DNA from: Ascidiella aspersa
Taxonomy: Eukaryota
Assembly: GCA_963924565.1 (NCBI GenBank)
Contig: OZ004609.1
Coordinates: forward strand, 31,186,001 to 31,250,000
Direction of reading: 5' to 3'
DNA: 64,000 nt
The notes beneath the pieces were generated by a model that worked only from the letters and a program-made list of their open reading frames with translations, made no database searches and had not been told where the DNA came from. Of this stretch, positions 37,874-52,198 are shown one piece after another; the first letter of the stretch is position 1, and each line of letters starts with the position of its first letter. The position numbers and the translations under genes are program-made.

Positions 37874-40751
37874 GCATTTAGCTTTACGGGTGCCAGGCTT
37901 GCTTGTAAAACTTCCGGCGAAAAAAACAAGCTATTTTCACTGCCAAAAATTTCGTGGAACTATAGGCTGCTGCGTAGGCCTACTGTTCAACCTCTAGCAA
38001 TGGACTGTTTGATACAAGCGGAGCACTTAAGCGACAAAAGTCAAAATTTGGGCTACCCTCATATTTTCGGCACGAAATCTACTCGACTGTTAAAATTCTT
38101 TTCAGGTCATCGCTAGTTTACAATGGACTGAGATTTACAGGGTAGTTTAAATTGACCTGTGAAGTGAAAATTGTCGGTGTTTCATGTAAAAAAAAAGCGT
38201 TGTAAACTAGATAGATACAACATGTAGCTCAATGGGAGTTTGCAGTGGTATATAAGGTCCCAATTGCCGCCCCTTGCGGCCGTTTAGCGGCCTACGGCGG
38301 TGGGCGCATCTTGTCCATATTTTGTGGGCATTGCGCATTAACATTGAAAATAAGTTCTTAAAACAAGGTTCCATATTGAATGGTTACTTACTTTGCGAAT
38401 ATCCTTCAATTTTAGGCTGTCGGTGCTCACAGTCGTGCAGCTAGGCCCTGGGTTTTATTTGTTACAGTTACTTTGCAGGGTAAAAACTAACATTACAAGG
38501 TGTTAGGATTTTTTCACTTTTTTGCAGTCAATACCTAGTTTAATTAGGTTGTGGCACCACAAAAACGTCGGAAAACGCTGCGGGCGGCCGTTTTATCTAA
38601 ACAACTTTTTTAAATGGGGTAATCAAACCTACACTAGGTATGATTAATTGCGCAATGCTCGGTACAGCAATTTTAACCCCACAGCGACATATATCGACAA
38701 AACTGTAGAACGGGGTAATGTTAATCAAATGCTTATGTGCGTTAAATATCTTTACTAGGCCAACATACAGTTTGACGATGGCAAAACTGCGCTTACGTAT
38801 ACAACATTGTAGGAATCTTGGCGAATATATCAGACAAATTTACGCACATTGACTAGTGTCAGGCCGGGATGTACGATTTTTGTTTTTATTTGGGGCATCA
38901 AAAGTGTTTCAAGTATAACTTCACACAGTTACGTCGTAACGTGACGTCAAAAAGTGACATATAAACGTGACGTCATAACGAAGTAATCTTAGGAACACTA
39001 CACAGTTCGGTTATTTTGCTAAAGTTAAATATTTGCATTTACGTAGTGAAAATAGACAAAAAATACAGTTGTCCAAGTGGCCTCCTCAGATTTCGTCTCT
39101 ACCTAGTTTTACGGATAGATTCTGTCTACATTGGCATTAGATTTGCAAATGCTCTCTTACATATCTTAACATAGAGTTGTGAGGTTTATGTTGGCCGTTA
39201 AAAGTAGCTTGTGAGCTTTTCTGTGGCAACTATTCAATTTTGCCTTCGGCCCTCCTGAAACCATTCACCCATGGCGAACAAAACAGCAAGGACGACCGAA
39301 ACACGCTGTGCATTGTTGACAAGGCCACGCTTAGCTGATCGAGGCGTAACGTTTCTCAAATCGATGCATAACCTTTTTTCGCGCGTGAGAATTTGTTTCA
39401 TCTAAAATTCCACGGTTTCCCATCTATATCTGTAGGTAGCTTTTAAATAAACTACCTTTGATCTCAAGAGTCTAAAAACGGAAACCTGTTCCAGAAATGT
39501 AATGTTAGTCAGTCAAGCGGCCTTCAAGGCAATATAATTTGTAACCATACTGGAACCAAAAAGGCCGGTAATTTAAGCTTTGCAGAATGAAGTAGATTTT
39601 ACGGTCTGTGAACTTTAAACTCCTAAAAGAGATTGAGTTTAAAACAAGATCGGTAATTGTAGAGGAACGTAGGCTAAATTCAGAAAAAATAAAGTGACAA
39701 TGCCTTTAAATTTAAAAGTCGACTGCCCATTCTTTTACGGTGTTTCAAGTGACCGAAACGACATGTAAAATTTACCCAAGATGTCCAAAATATAGCCTAC
39801 TTACCCAATAATACGGTAATAAGATGACATAGTCGTGGAAACTTAAAGTTTCTTAGCGGTTATCAAAACCAACCTAAAAAAAAGCTGGTTAGCGGTTGTG
39901 ACGTGAAGGATTTTATAAAATTTTATTTGCTAACAAAAATCGAGAGGATATTTGCTAGAATTGTAAGCAAGTCATTTTAAAATCCTTTAGTTAAACTATT
40001 CGAAAAAAAAAAACTTATTTGGTGTATTTTTATTTGCGATTATTCGTTTACGTTTATCTTGTTTTGACCATAAGCGTGGTTATCTGCGAAACATGCTGAC
40101 ACTCTAACAAATAGCTCTGGTCACGACGCGACCTTCATCTACATTCTAAATCCGATGATTATCTAAACCTCCCCCGAATTTTGTCATAATGACTTGCGCG
40201 TCTGACAGGATGTGGACAAACATCAAACCGGCGAAATTTCTTTACGCCTATATGACAAATCTCTATCGATATGACAAACCTAATCTAAACCTAACCTGCA
40301 GGCCTATACCTCTCTCTATACGCCAATTGACTAACTAGGTACAGCGGTATAGCAATCTAAAAGGTGCCTTTTGGGGAAAGAGGAAGGTAGGTGAGGTGTT
40401 TGTTGTACGTCATGCAGAAAAAGCACCTCATCACGCCTGATTTACGGCGTGCTGTCAAAATGTGCTGAGTCAGCACATGCGAGCGAAATTCTTTACGACG
40501 AAATATGCGAAAGAAAGTTAGAAGAAATTCCCGCGTCTGAAAATAAATTCCCCGTGCAATTGAATCTATTGGGCCAAGGAACGGTAAAAATGAGGCCTGG
40601 CTCTCTCAGTGTTTGTCCATTGTATCGTGTTTCTGAAAGCATTTAATTAGCGCCTGATTTTTTGTAATTATCAGTCAAGTAAATAATGATATCAGAAAAA
40701 GGCATTTATTAGTCGTTGTTATCGAACTGTACGAAGGTTATATATTTAAAG

Positions 40752-41091
40752 CAGGGGTTCTTAAACTTTTTTTCACCGCGGACCCCTAAAATTTTTTTTT
40801 GCTTTGCATGGACCCCGGTAGGCAAGAAATGCTCCAAAATGACGTCACAATACAAATAGATTTCATAACTCTGTTTATTTCGGTCCGAAAAATGTGAAAG
40901 TTAAATGGAGTCTAACTATACAGTATACATTCAGTGCAAAACTGTTTAAATTTAATTTTTTTTTTCTTTAAAAAAATTAATTACTTCTAAGTACCGGTAT
41001 ACACTAGTTCTTCAATTAGGCCTTCATGTACCCCCTAAAACTAGTTCACGGACCCCCAAGGGGTCCATGGACCCCAGTTTAAGAACCTCTG
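40752..41091. mobile_element. hAT-type MITE, same family as 29486-29811
   Basis: TIR CAGGGGTTCTTAAAC / GTTTAAGAACCTCTG; perfect TSD ATTTAAAG. Confidence 0.94.
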
Positions 41092-43503
41092 ATTTAAAGG
41101 GAGTAACAAACAGGCTCAGCATTCGATGTCGTGCACAAATATGTAGCTAAAATAGGCAAACTTAGCTTTGGGACAAGGCCTCGTCGAAAAAGGACATTAT
41201 TATATTTTACTGGTACACCGTCCTGGCAATGATTAATTTACCGAAACGCCGTTTAAAACTGTTTCAGCTAACTTTCACCACTGGTGTAAGCCAACTCTAA
41301 AAGAATACGTGATGCCAATACGGACAAAGTTGCCGTTGGCTATGACGTTGGCTATACAGATACATTGCGGAAATTGGTGCAAGAAGCTATGCTGCATCTA
41401 GCTTACGCCTATAATAGGATGCAGAACATAACAAGTAAACAGTGCGACCCAGTTGATATAAGGGCGCATACTACAATGATTCAAGTACAGGAAGCCCGCA
41501 CAAAATACCAGGCGTAACTGTTATGTAACAACAGTTAGTTAAGAGAAAGCATGGCAATTTCCCGAACGCCGAAAATCAATCAATCGCAACCACAGAAATA
41601 ATAACAAGACAGCTAACAAACGCGAAATATTGACAGACAACGCGGTATAACTCCAGCTGATCTGGCGTTTACACAGGAAAACGCGAATGAAAATTTCCAC
41701 GTTTTCACACAATAGTAGCTCACACTAGACGACAATGGCGTCTGTTCATAACAATATAATCTACGCTTTAGGCTTGTTTACTTGCCTACGCTAAACTCTG
41801 CCTGTGCTAGCTAAGGCTGTCAGTGATTGTATGTTATTACAGTCCACAAAATAATATAATTGACAGCATGGGCACTCGCCCCTTAGGGAATTCAATTTCA
41901 AATCGTCACAGTAAAATATAGCCGTGTGACCTTGCTGACAAACGACGCTGCTAAACAGTTAGTCCTGCCAAATCTAAACTTGCTGCTGCCTTAGGTAGAA
42001 TTTTTTCGATTTAAGAAATAACAAATCTTTTACTGACTAACTTTTACAGCAAAGTCTCCAGATACTTATTTGCATACAGACAAAACTTTACTGATAACAA
42101 TGGACATTGTACTAAAACAACTGAATATATTTCCCTATTGTTTCTATACCAGCAACTCCCACAAAACTAAATTGCTTGTCCTAACATAGCACGTTTGCTG
42201 GTTTATAACGATAATAAAAGTTATCCTTTCAAATAGCAACGTGTAATGTCTTACCTTCATGGCAGCTGGCTTCCATTCAATTACTGTTGATTTCGAAATG
42301 TCCTGTGTAAGTTGAAATGGTGACTGTGTCAGTACAACTGCCATGATTAAACACAACACTGGACTGATATATCACGCCGCTGATCAATATGTTTATACCT
42401 GACTGTAAGCGTTTGACATGTTATGCAATCGCCATCACTGCATACTATAGCGACTCTGTAGTAAGCACGCCAGGCACGCCAATCATTTCCTCGTATTGTG
42501 ATCTCACAGACAAAACGTTGCTGCGTCACTCGGTAAATCAGCGGCGTCATTATTAGTAAGTAAATCAACCGGACGGCTTAAATTTGGTTTCAGCTCGTTT
42601 TCTGAAGTTCTGCTTCAGACGTTTGACTTTATTTCGCTTGGTTTAGAGGTTTTGCAAAAAAATAATTAATTGAATTGTTTTGTAAATATATTTCTGGCAA
42701 TTAAAGTTTTGCTTAACCGTGTTGCTGCTTGCGGTTTTTCTTTTTCTTTTATGTTTCAATATAAGTTGTAAGGCGTTCGACGTCATTCACCCTGAGGTTA
42801 TTGGCCTTATAATGTTTTTGAAAAACAGGTGGGGCGTAGCAATAGTAAAAAAATCTTGGTGGTATGGGTCAAAAAGTCTGGGAACTATAGTCTTATAAAA
42901 ATGAACTAATAAAATAGATGAACTGAAACACATTCCAAAGAAGTTTTTTAGTTCGATTTATTTTCTGTTTTCTACTTTATACATTAAGTAGTGTGGATCC
43001 AACTTAAAACATTAACAAAGCGCAACGAAATTGAGATTAGATGATTGCACCCAGCCAATAACAGTTAAAAAAATATTATTATCATCAAATTTATAATATT
43101 TTATGCTTGTCTATAAACTGGACATTTGGGCGTTTTATTTGGCTTTTTATATTGTAATAAAATATTCACTTGCAAGGTGGTTATTTCTGTAGTATCTAAT
43201 TGGGGATATTATATTGGGTTAACATACTTTTTCGCTGGTTAACATACTTTTTCTTCATTTTTCATATTGGGACTACGATAAAAGCATTGCTACGGGATAG
43301 GACGATCACAATTTTGTCCCAACATTTTCGGTATTGGTTTAAAAAACAAGTTTCGAAAAAAATTATTAAACGGCAAGCATATACCAGTATTTACAGATCA
43401 CTATTTTGAAGGCCTTGTTCAGTGCAGGCTAAAACCGTAAAATAAGCTGTCGGTAAGTTCAGCAACAGATACCACGAATTGAATTTTACATATATATTTT
43501 TAT

Positions 43504-44169
43504 CAGCAAGTTTATTCGTGTAACTTTTCTGGTTCAGGTTCAAATTTTTTTTCAGGGTCCAGTTTTGGTTTGGAGCAGTTAAAAAGTTCAGGTCGGGAAA
43601 TTGTTTTCAAAATCGGTTTATGGAGTTGCATAACACACAAAAAAATCTGATAACGCAATGCAATTCGATGTTTAAAATGAGTTCCCCGAAGTAAAAAATC
43701 AAAAAGGCATTTACTTAATGAAGCTTTTTCCTGAGGATTCGTTTCATTTCCAGTTTATATGGAACAGCCCTTATGTATGTTAACACTCCATTTATCACTT
43801 TAAACAAAAAGCATGGTAAAAAGTAGGCCTAAACCATTTTACCTTATCAAGTCGACTTTGTTATACACTGATGAACTGATTACAACTTAACTCATGCTGG
43901 AGTAAATGCGTTCAGTGTCATTCGCCCTGACGAAGGCGGCTTGTATAGGTTGCCGAAACGTTGGTTAACAATTACAATCACCAGAGGAGCTGTTTTTGAT
44001 TTATATAAACCGCTTTGGGTTCGGGTGAGGTTCAAGTGACCCCCAAACATTGGTTCAGTTCCGGTTCGACTCCTTGAATTTATTTGAAAACGGTTCAGGG
44101 TCGGATATAATTAGCCAAAATCCGGTTCATAAGACTCCGGTTTGGGTTTTGGTTCGGTTCGACTCGCTG
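43504..44169. mobile_element. Degenerate MITE with GGTTC subrepeats, apparently interrupted by an unrelated insert
   Basis: Ends CAGCAAGT / ACTCGCTG; TSD ATTTTTAT/CTTTTTAC; GGTTCG/GGTTCA motifs at 43530-43620 and 44015-44165. Confidence 0.55.
43921..43970 (+). ncRNA. Minimal type I hammerhead ribozyme-like motif (Penelope-like element type)
   Basis: CTGACGA(A), 8-bp stem II GGCGGCTT/AGGTTGCC with GTAT loop, GAAAC GTT with palindromic AACGTT; stem I is weak. Confidence 0.5.
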
Positions 44170-44344
44170 CTTTTTACTGTTATATAGTAAACTCCATTTA
44201 GGCTGCCCCAGCCTGATTTATACAAAGAGCCAACACTGCCAATACTTAGCTGCTTGACAAACTAAAACAACAAAGTTAATAAAATACGATTTCGAGACAT
44301 TTTGAAGGCGTCACGACTTCGACAAAGTTTTACATCCGGCAAAT

Positions 44345-44350
44345 TTTATT
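44345..44350 (-). promoter_or_regulatory. Candidate UBXN6 polyadenylation signal
   Basis: AATAAA on the minus strand about 550 nt past the stop. Confidence 0.35.
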
Positions 44351-44895
44351 CTCTGAAAAGCTAAATTTCACTTTTTTTTCTAGAAGTTAACAAATTTCGG
44401 TGAAATTGGCAGAAAATACAGCTTTTCAAAAGCGAAACGTGATAGGCACCACTTTACATTGAAATTGGTGAACAGTTTTTGTAGGATGCCCCAATACATG
44501 TAATGTTTGCTTGTGCATTGCACCATTGCATAAACGAGCGACATAGATTGCACGCTTGTCTCAGGCCACACTTAATTTCATTTTGCGAAAAAACCCTAAT
44601 AAATTCACATAATTTCGAAGTGTGTCGAAATCACAAAATTTCTCTATTACAGCGCAAAATTCGCGACGTCGCGAATTAAAACTGACACTTTTTGTTACGT
44701 CACACACCGGCCTCGCGTGCACTCATGACGCCACAAAGCAAGCAGCAATCCGTGACGGCAGTATTTAAAAGCTCATTTCACTTATCAACGACCACAAGAG
44801 ATGACAACAAGTACGAATAAGAAGTAAGCGAAGGTCAAATGCTTGATAAACGAGATGGACGGCAGATGGAGATCGGAATTCAGTGTTTGAAGCTA

Positions 44896-47800
44896 TCACG
44901 ACGTCTTGTCTTTGAGCGCAAGCGTGATTCCCTGCTGTTGCTGAACTTCAGAGAAGACCTCTTCGTTCCAAATCAGGTTTAAAACAATGGTGGGCACCTA
45001 AAAGTGTGTGCGCAAAAGTGTTTACAATTAAATATTGATGGAATAAACCTCAAGTACTCTCGGTAAAATATAATATTTTTCATAAAAAAAAAAAAAAATT
45101 TAAATACGAATAGTGAAATCGATAATAACTCGAAAAATCGATAAAAATAACAGATAATAACCTATCTTGTCTACAGTAATTACAAGCCAATTTTTTTTAA
45201 ACAACAAGGTCAGTTATTTTAAACAGAGGTTAGTCATTCTATAATAAGTCATAAATCAAATCGAAGAGTCCAAAATAAGGCAAAATAAATTGTACAAAAT
45301 TTAGAACCAAATTTTGAAAATTTTTTTTATAAAACCGTTTCGAAATTTGAAAACTCCTGATAAAAGGGAATTCCCTTACTAGCTTTGCTTCTTGTAGCGT
45401 CAGTTTCTCGTCTTGTACCGTCTCCCCTGTGGCGGTCTTGAGTGCAAACACTGCCCATTCGACGTTGATATTGTTGCGAACAAAGGTCAAAAGGTCACCG
45501 ACCGTCTCGTCGGCCGCGAACGTTCCTGCGCATGCGCGTGAATTTTAAATCAACGACAAAGCGGCCCAATCAACAGAGCCTGCTCGACACTTAAAAAGGG
45601 TCTGTATCTTTTTTAGAAAAAACAGAAAAGTTTTAATGCTTTATGTGAACAAAAAAAAATGGCGTTGTTGCTACTTCAATACAAATTCCGAACCGTAATG
45701 CCACATTTATATAACAAATAGGCAGGTTGGCAATGGCTGTACACTACCAACAACATACGTGATGATGTAGTTGTATTTACACCTAACTCCTTGTCTTGCA
45801 GTAAGCGTGATAATCAAGCTAGAAATGTCAAATAATGTTATGTGATGATAAAAAGAAAGTTAACCGCGATTTTTTTAGCACACCGTAAGCTAAAAACTTT
45901 GATAAACTACTGGTTTCGTTGAACGGAAAGAATTTAGGAAACAATACCAGACTAAAAAGGACCTGGACCCATTATAAAATACACAAATTCTACAAATAAC
46001 ATTAAAATATTCCACATTAGTACAAGATGCTTTGTAAGGTTTACCTTGCAATATTCGGCCGTCGGGAAACTTTACCCTGATCATGGAATAGTGGAAGTTG
46101 TAAGTCGTCTTTCCCGCTTCTCTCATCGCTTTGGTGCGCAATTGTCGACTCACTTCCAAATTGTGAGACCTGCCAAAACAGAGTTCATCATGGTTTTTAA
46201 TGTAGACCATCAGACCTTTTTTGACAGTTTTTAGGTCGGTATTTTTTTGTTTGCGGTATCAAGTTAAAGACTGAAGAAATAATACCTAACTGCATTGTTG
46301 CCGTAAAACAAAACGTTATTTGTCGTTAGTTTTAGGGATATCCAATAATATAGGATCGGAGCCGATCCGACACTAAATTAATACAGATGTTTTAGCCCTG
46401 GTGTGTCACCCAACAATTGCTACCTTGAAAGGTATTTTCAAAAACACTGTCTAGGTTAACAACTGATGGTAATTAATTTCTCAAAATTGCCGAAAATTTT
46501 CTGACCTAAAAACCTGAGAAAAATTAGCCTCGAACATTTCTTATTTAAACAATTTTGTTTGTAGCGAAGTTTAAGTTAAAAAACGTCATGACGTCATTGG
46601 TATCAGATCGGATCGCAAAACTTTTTGTTCAAAATATCGGGTATCGGATCAATGGTCAAGTATCGGGCATCCCTGGTTAGTTTTCAGGGACCGGTGGTGA
46701 CAATATGCCAATTTGTGTCAAACATAGAAAAAAAAATTTACCTTAAAAAAAAGTTGGATTGATAAAAGTAAAAATTCAATCGACAAAAAACTACACTAAG
46801 GCACAGCCGTAAATTAATAGAATTGCAACCCAACAAAGTCAAACAACTAAACAATATTGGTGAAAAAATAATGTGATATTGGTGTTTACGATTTACGCAT
46901 TTTTTTGAACAACACTGCACAGTGTCGATTCACAGTAGATCCTAGATGTTTTCTTTTAACACGATGTGGTTTTCTACACAAGTTGATTTGCTTACCTTGC
47001 TAGTTGTTCACGTTTCACTTCGTCGGAGCTTAAAGAAAAGAAACTTTTCGGCAAATCTTGGTAGGTGCTGTCGGCATTGGGAATCAAGACCTATACCAAG
47101 TAAATCGGGTAAGTGCCAATCACCGGTCACTTATAAATTTCGCATGATCAAATGCAAAAGAAAACATTCTGTGTCGAGTGCCTTTTGATTTAAACCTCTA
47201 TTGAAAGAGTCTTTAAGAAGTATTTACAATTAACACTGAGGTTCGGCATTACTGTTTGAAAAAGTTTGTCCATAAAAAGTTTGGTCACTTATAAATTTCG
47301 CAATTTTAAAGGTAAAATGAGCAAATGCAAAATTTAAACTTGCTTTGAAAAACTTGTTCATAAAAAAAAAATTTGGAACTAAAACTTGCCAGTCGTAAAT
47401 AAATGAATTGTAAAACTTGCTGAGCCTATGTGCATTTTGCTGCTTTACCTGAGCGTCCCTGAAGAGCTTAAACTCGGGCGGTTGCAGATTGGAGAGCCTT
47501 TCTTGATGCGATTTGAGCAACTCAATGTCAACGAGCTCGAGAACGAAATATATTTCCTCTGAGCAAAATAGTATTTTAAGTAAATCGGTTTCAATTTCAT
47601 TGAATTTACTGACGAAGGAGTCTGTATGCAAAAGCATGCTTCACTATAGTCAGTGACTAAAGGTATATCGAGAAAAAAAAACACAGCAGCGACATTAAAG
47701 AAATATCAAATCTCATACAGAAGTAGGTTTATTTTTACTATGGTCAAAAAAGTGGTTTAAAGTATTATGCAAAGTATATATAAGAAAGTTAAGTAAACTT

Positions 47801-50800
47801 TGAGGCAGTGCTTTCTCTACCATGATAAAAATGAAAAAAGAATTTGAAACGTTCACAAATTGCTAAGCCTTTCAAAGACCTGAAATTAGATCGCTCAACG
47901 TTTTTTAATTCAATTCGAAAACAAGCAGTATAAGTGCCATGGTCAACACAACTTAAACAAGGTTAAAAAATGCTTTTTTTCGACTGATCTTACGTAACAC
48001 ATAACTTAAAGCTGCATATAAAATAAACTCAGACTGTTAACAGACGTTTGTCAAAAAAACATAGTTTTTTTTAAAGACTTTCAATACACAAGCTTATTCA
48101 AAAACTTTGTGGCAACCCAGTCCTACGTCTTACTACAGCCTCCAAACATTTTGGACCACATAAAAGACAAATTAGAATGTGAGGAGAGTACACAAATCTA
48201 CGTTTTTTCACAATAACCATCGTCTTCCCCTGTTTTTCACTTACCTGTTCCATCAAGTGTTCGCTTGAAACCGCAAGCCTCCAGGAATTCTTCACTGCCC
48301 TTGACAGGTGCCACTCGTTCGTTGAATATCCGGTTGTTTTGCCGAATCTTGCGATATTTTTCCTCATCTGGATGGGCTAATACATTTCCTATATACCTGT
48401 TAGAAATACGGCAATACTTCATACGAAACTAGTTTAACATAAATAAATTGTTTGTCGTAGTCAGTATATTAAAGCTCATACAGAAGTAGTTAGCCTTTTA
48501 AACGTTTCGAATATCTCATTTTTTCAACATAGTGAGAAGGCACTGATTGTACCGTCTTCTGTATTGGCTTCGATATTCTTACTACGTCTTTCTCTCCAAC
48601 CAATGTGCTCCAAAATTTGTTGGAATTCTAACATACTAGAAATTGGCATTATTTGCAATTAAATAGGTGGTTTAAATAAAAACAGAACTTTCTTAATTTA
48701 CTTGATCAGGAGATATACAAACTACCCTACAAAAAAGACATGTTACATTCAAGTAAAACAGTATTATTAGGTGCAATTAAAGTATGCGATGAAGAGCTAA
48801 TCTGACATCACATTAAAGGCCTAGTTATGACTTGTTTGTTCAAATTACTTAGCTAAAATTAATTACAAGCTTATGACAAAAGCTCGTTTCTGTTTAAAGT
48901 GGCAGAAGTATCATAATGGGCAAGCAGTTTACATTTCAATTGTGACATTTAGCCAAATAGCTGAATTTAAATTATATACCATTACGTACATTGGGCCAGA
49001 TTTAACAAAGTATTTTTAGAATTATGGCTGGTAATTTATTTCAAAGTACATACTTGTTTATTGTATCAATTGCGGCTTGAACTTGCAAAGGATTTCCATT
49101 TAACATTTTCATCATCAATATTGAAGACTCAATTCCATTTGCTCCCAAGTTCTGTTAAAATTGCTAATTCATTTTAAGCATTAGCACTGGTCATTGAAGT
49201 ATTAAGCCGTAAGGCTTAAACTATTCAAAGCACTAATTCAGTGCCACTCAACCAATAGGTTATTATCAATTTAAGTAATATACAAAAGTAGTGTAATAAG
49301 TGAGTGAATGGCACTAAATCATATATGGCAAAGTCCACTTTTTTTATTTATTTTTTTATTTATTTACAGTTTTATAGGTTTGTTACACAAGTTTTGTGTG
49401 TACATGTTAAAACAAGTAATTATAAATTATTACATTATATAAAAGAAATTGTCTGGATATTATTTGTACTAACATTGTTAAATTACTTTATAGGGCATTT
49501 AAAAATTGTTATTTTAATAAACAGAACATTTAATGTTTACAAGCAGTTCACAGAGGTTGGCTGCATTATAAAATCAAGTAAACAAATTTAACATTTTATG
49601 TTGGAAATTTTTAAAGTCTAATTTTCTAAATGATGCCTATGAACTAATTAATTAGCTCATGCAAAACAAAAAACACGTAAGTATGTAGCACGGTATAAAC
49701 CTGTAATAAGTATTGATGGACATGTGCCATCATATCGCCTCTGCTGAAAACCTCTGTTGTAAATGGGGAATGAAATCGAACAGAATCTTCAACATGTGAC
49801 TTTGCTGGGGCTGCAAAAAGTGTTAATTAAAATTTTCAATTAAACGGAAATGTAAAGTACAACAGTAAATACAAAAAAAAAAAAACACAACCGCAGAACT
49901 TACACGTTTCTGAGTACTTTTACACATCTTAAACATGGGTCATACAATTATGTAGCAACTATGTTTTAGGCCAGTGAAAGTAATACAGAATGCAAACAAA
50001 ATTACCACTTTTTTGTTGCTCTACTTGATCTTGCGAACTTCCAGCTTCATCTCTCTGAAAATAGGAAATCATTATACACAGTTAAGAAAAGAGTTCTACT
50101 TTTATTTGTAAAGTTAAAAAAGTTTTTCTATCAAAAATTTTAAAAAACATACATAAGTTTTTAGGAAATTCAAGTGTCAAGGTGTTATAAAATATGTTCT
50201 TCATAATATTAGCATTTGTCCTGGTATTTTTGGGATCTTTATAATTGAGGTATGAAAGTAATAAAAGGTGGTCTGGTTGATGAATAAAGGAAAATATGTG
50301 AAAAATATACAAATCTTTTGTGAGCCAAAATTTATTGTGAAAAACCTTACTGTCGGTTGCCACCAACTTTGTATTTAAAAGTAATTACCCTTTATGTTGA
50401 ACAGCAGTTTTATTCAATAATTGTACTAAACTTTATCCATAATAAATTTACAAAATAGATTGATTGTTAAAAATTATGGTATTTTCAGGCTGTACACTCG
50501 GGTTGTTTTATAAAATGTTTTTAGATTGTACTCGTTTCTACACAAAAAGAAGAACAGTACCGATCTAGGTTGACGAATAACTTTTGGAACGACAGTCTTT
50601 TGGGCACCAGATGTTTTCTCGAATCGAGCGAGGGCAGCAGAGCCTGCTTGCGCTTGTGTGGATGACATAGGCTGTGTCCGAACCGGGGCAGATGATGTCG
50701 GCCGTTGAGATGTGCTTGGGTGGTTTCTAACATAAAAAAATAATAATTCTCAATTTAACTGTATTCTGAAACTTTTTGCTATAGATTACTGGTAATATTT

Positions 50801-51640
50801 TCTATGTTTAATTGATGCAGAATTTTCAGCGGTACCCATTTAATTGTACAACAACAATTCTGCGGCAACACCAAAATATATTACTGATTTTTGCTTAAGT
50901 GTTCTTTAGTAAACAGCTTTGGCATAGTGAGTATAAAATCAGGATTTGTTAATTCATTGGAAGTTGAAATGACAGGACATTTAAAAATCATGTAAAGTAA
51001 GGTATGACAGATCTCGAAGAGAAAAATCGGGGAGCATGTTGCACCCGGATTGGAAACTTTGGACTTTGCAGCTTGAAATTGCGCTGCTGTAATAACATTT
51101 TTGCCTCAATTTGTGCGACCTGAATAACGTTATTTGTAAAATTACCACGGCTGAAAATGGATTACTATACTGAAAACCGTTAGCGCGACAAAAGTTTAGC
51201 GCGTTTGAGGGATTTTATGCGACTGAACGCATTTTGTGTTGACTTTACATGAAATGCGTGGCTATGACCATTGACCGCAGCGGGAAACTGCGTGGGGGAT
51301 TTATCTGGCCATACTTTCCAACCTGGGGGTGCACCAAAGGTCTAAAGAGCACCCTGCTAGTGTAACATATAGGTTTACCTTTTTAATTCCATTGCATTTA
51401 AAAAAAATTACATTAAAAAACGAAAAATAAATCGTCTCATATTTTTATAAACATAATACAGTTATTTTATGACATTATATAAACGTGTGTATTTTTAGGA
51501 CCACAAATTTTTATTTTACCTTAATATAATTTATTGTAAAATATATTGTTTTTATACCTGGTATCCTCAGTAAGTTTATGGCCTTGTCCAGCCCCGGCAA
51601 ACTTCGCCTCAGTTTTTAATTTGGAAAATATTTTCTTCAT
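44896..51640 (-). CDS. UBXN6: UBX domain-containing protein 6 (UBXD1; VIM-PUB-UBX p97 cofactor); exons 51640-51558, 50726-50561, 50054-50006, 49810-49701, 49151-49054, 48396-48245, 47558-47449, 47090-46996, 46169-46045, 45525-45380, 44997-44896
   Basis: N-terminus MKKIFSKLKTEAKFAGAGQGHKL; VIM-like AGSAALARFE; PUB KYIGNVLAHPDEEKYRKIRQNNRIFNERV...EFLEACGF; LPKSFFSLSSDEVKREQ...LRTKAMRE; UBX IRVKFPDGRILQGTF...AKLVPTIVLNLIW. All 10 introns are GT-AG and phase-consistent. Confidence 0.96.
46333..46675. mobile_element. hAT-like MITE with ATCGG subrepeats in a UBXN6 intron
   Basis: TIR TAGGGATATCCAATA / TATCGGGCATCCCTG; perfect TSD GTTAGTTT. Confidence 0.88.
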
Positions 51641-51728
51641 GTTTAAATATATTCCTAATCGCTAGTCTTTAATTACTATAGAAAATTGGTACAACGTTTC
51701 CAAAATAAATATTAATATGATGCAAGTT

Positions 51729-52198
51729 CATAGTTGCCATTTTTTTCTCCTAGTAATCATCTAGATTTACCAAAAAAATAATCTGAAAACATCTAGATTT
51801 TTATGGAGAAATCTAAAAATGTTTTTTGAAAATATTCAATACTTTTGGACAAAAACATCAACATTAAAAGCTTAATGCCCTATAAAGTTGCATAAAGGGA
51901 CTTGCTTGATGCTTTAGATTTAAGATTTTCTGCTTTATAAAACATTTTACTGAACATGACGAGTTACTGAAATTTCGATTTTATATCTCATCATTTTTTT
52001 TTTTCAATTTGCAAAAAAAAAACTTGAAATTACTGAAATATTTATCGTCAATAGCGAATCTGTCACCAATTTAGATTATACAATATTTTTTTATAATAAT
52101 CTAAAAAAACATCTAACATCTCGATTGTATAATGCTACATCTAGATTCAAACCAAAACATCTAAATCTCGATTAAAATAATCTAGAATGGCAACTATG
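51729..52198. mobile_element. hAT-like MITE between the UBXN6 and RBBP5 start codons
   Basis: Perfect 13-bp TIR CATAGTTGCCATT / AATGGCAACTATG; perfect TSD TGCAAGTT; subterminal ATCTAGA repeats. Confidence 0.95.
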
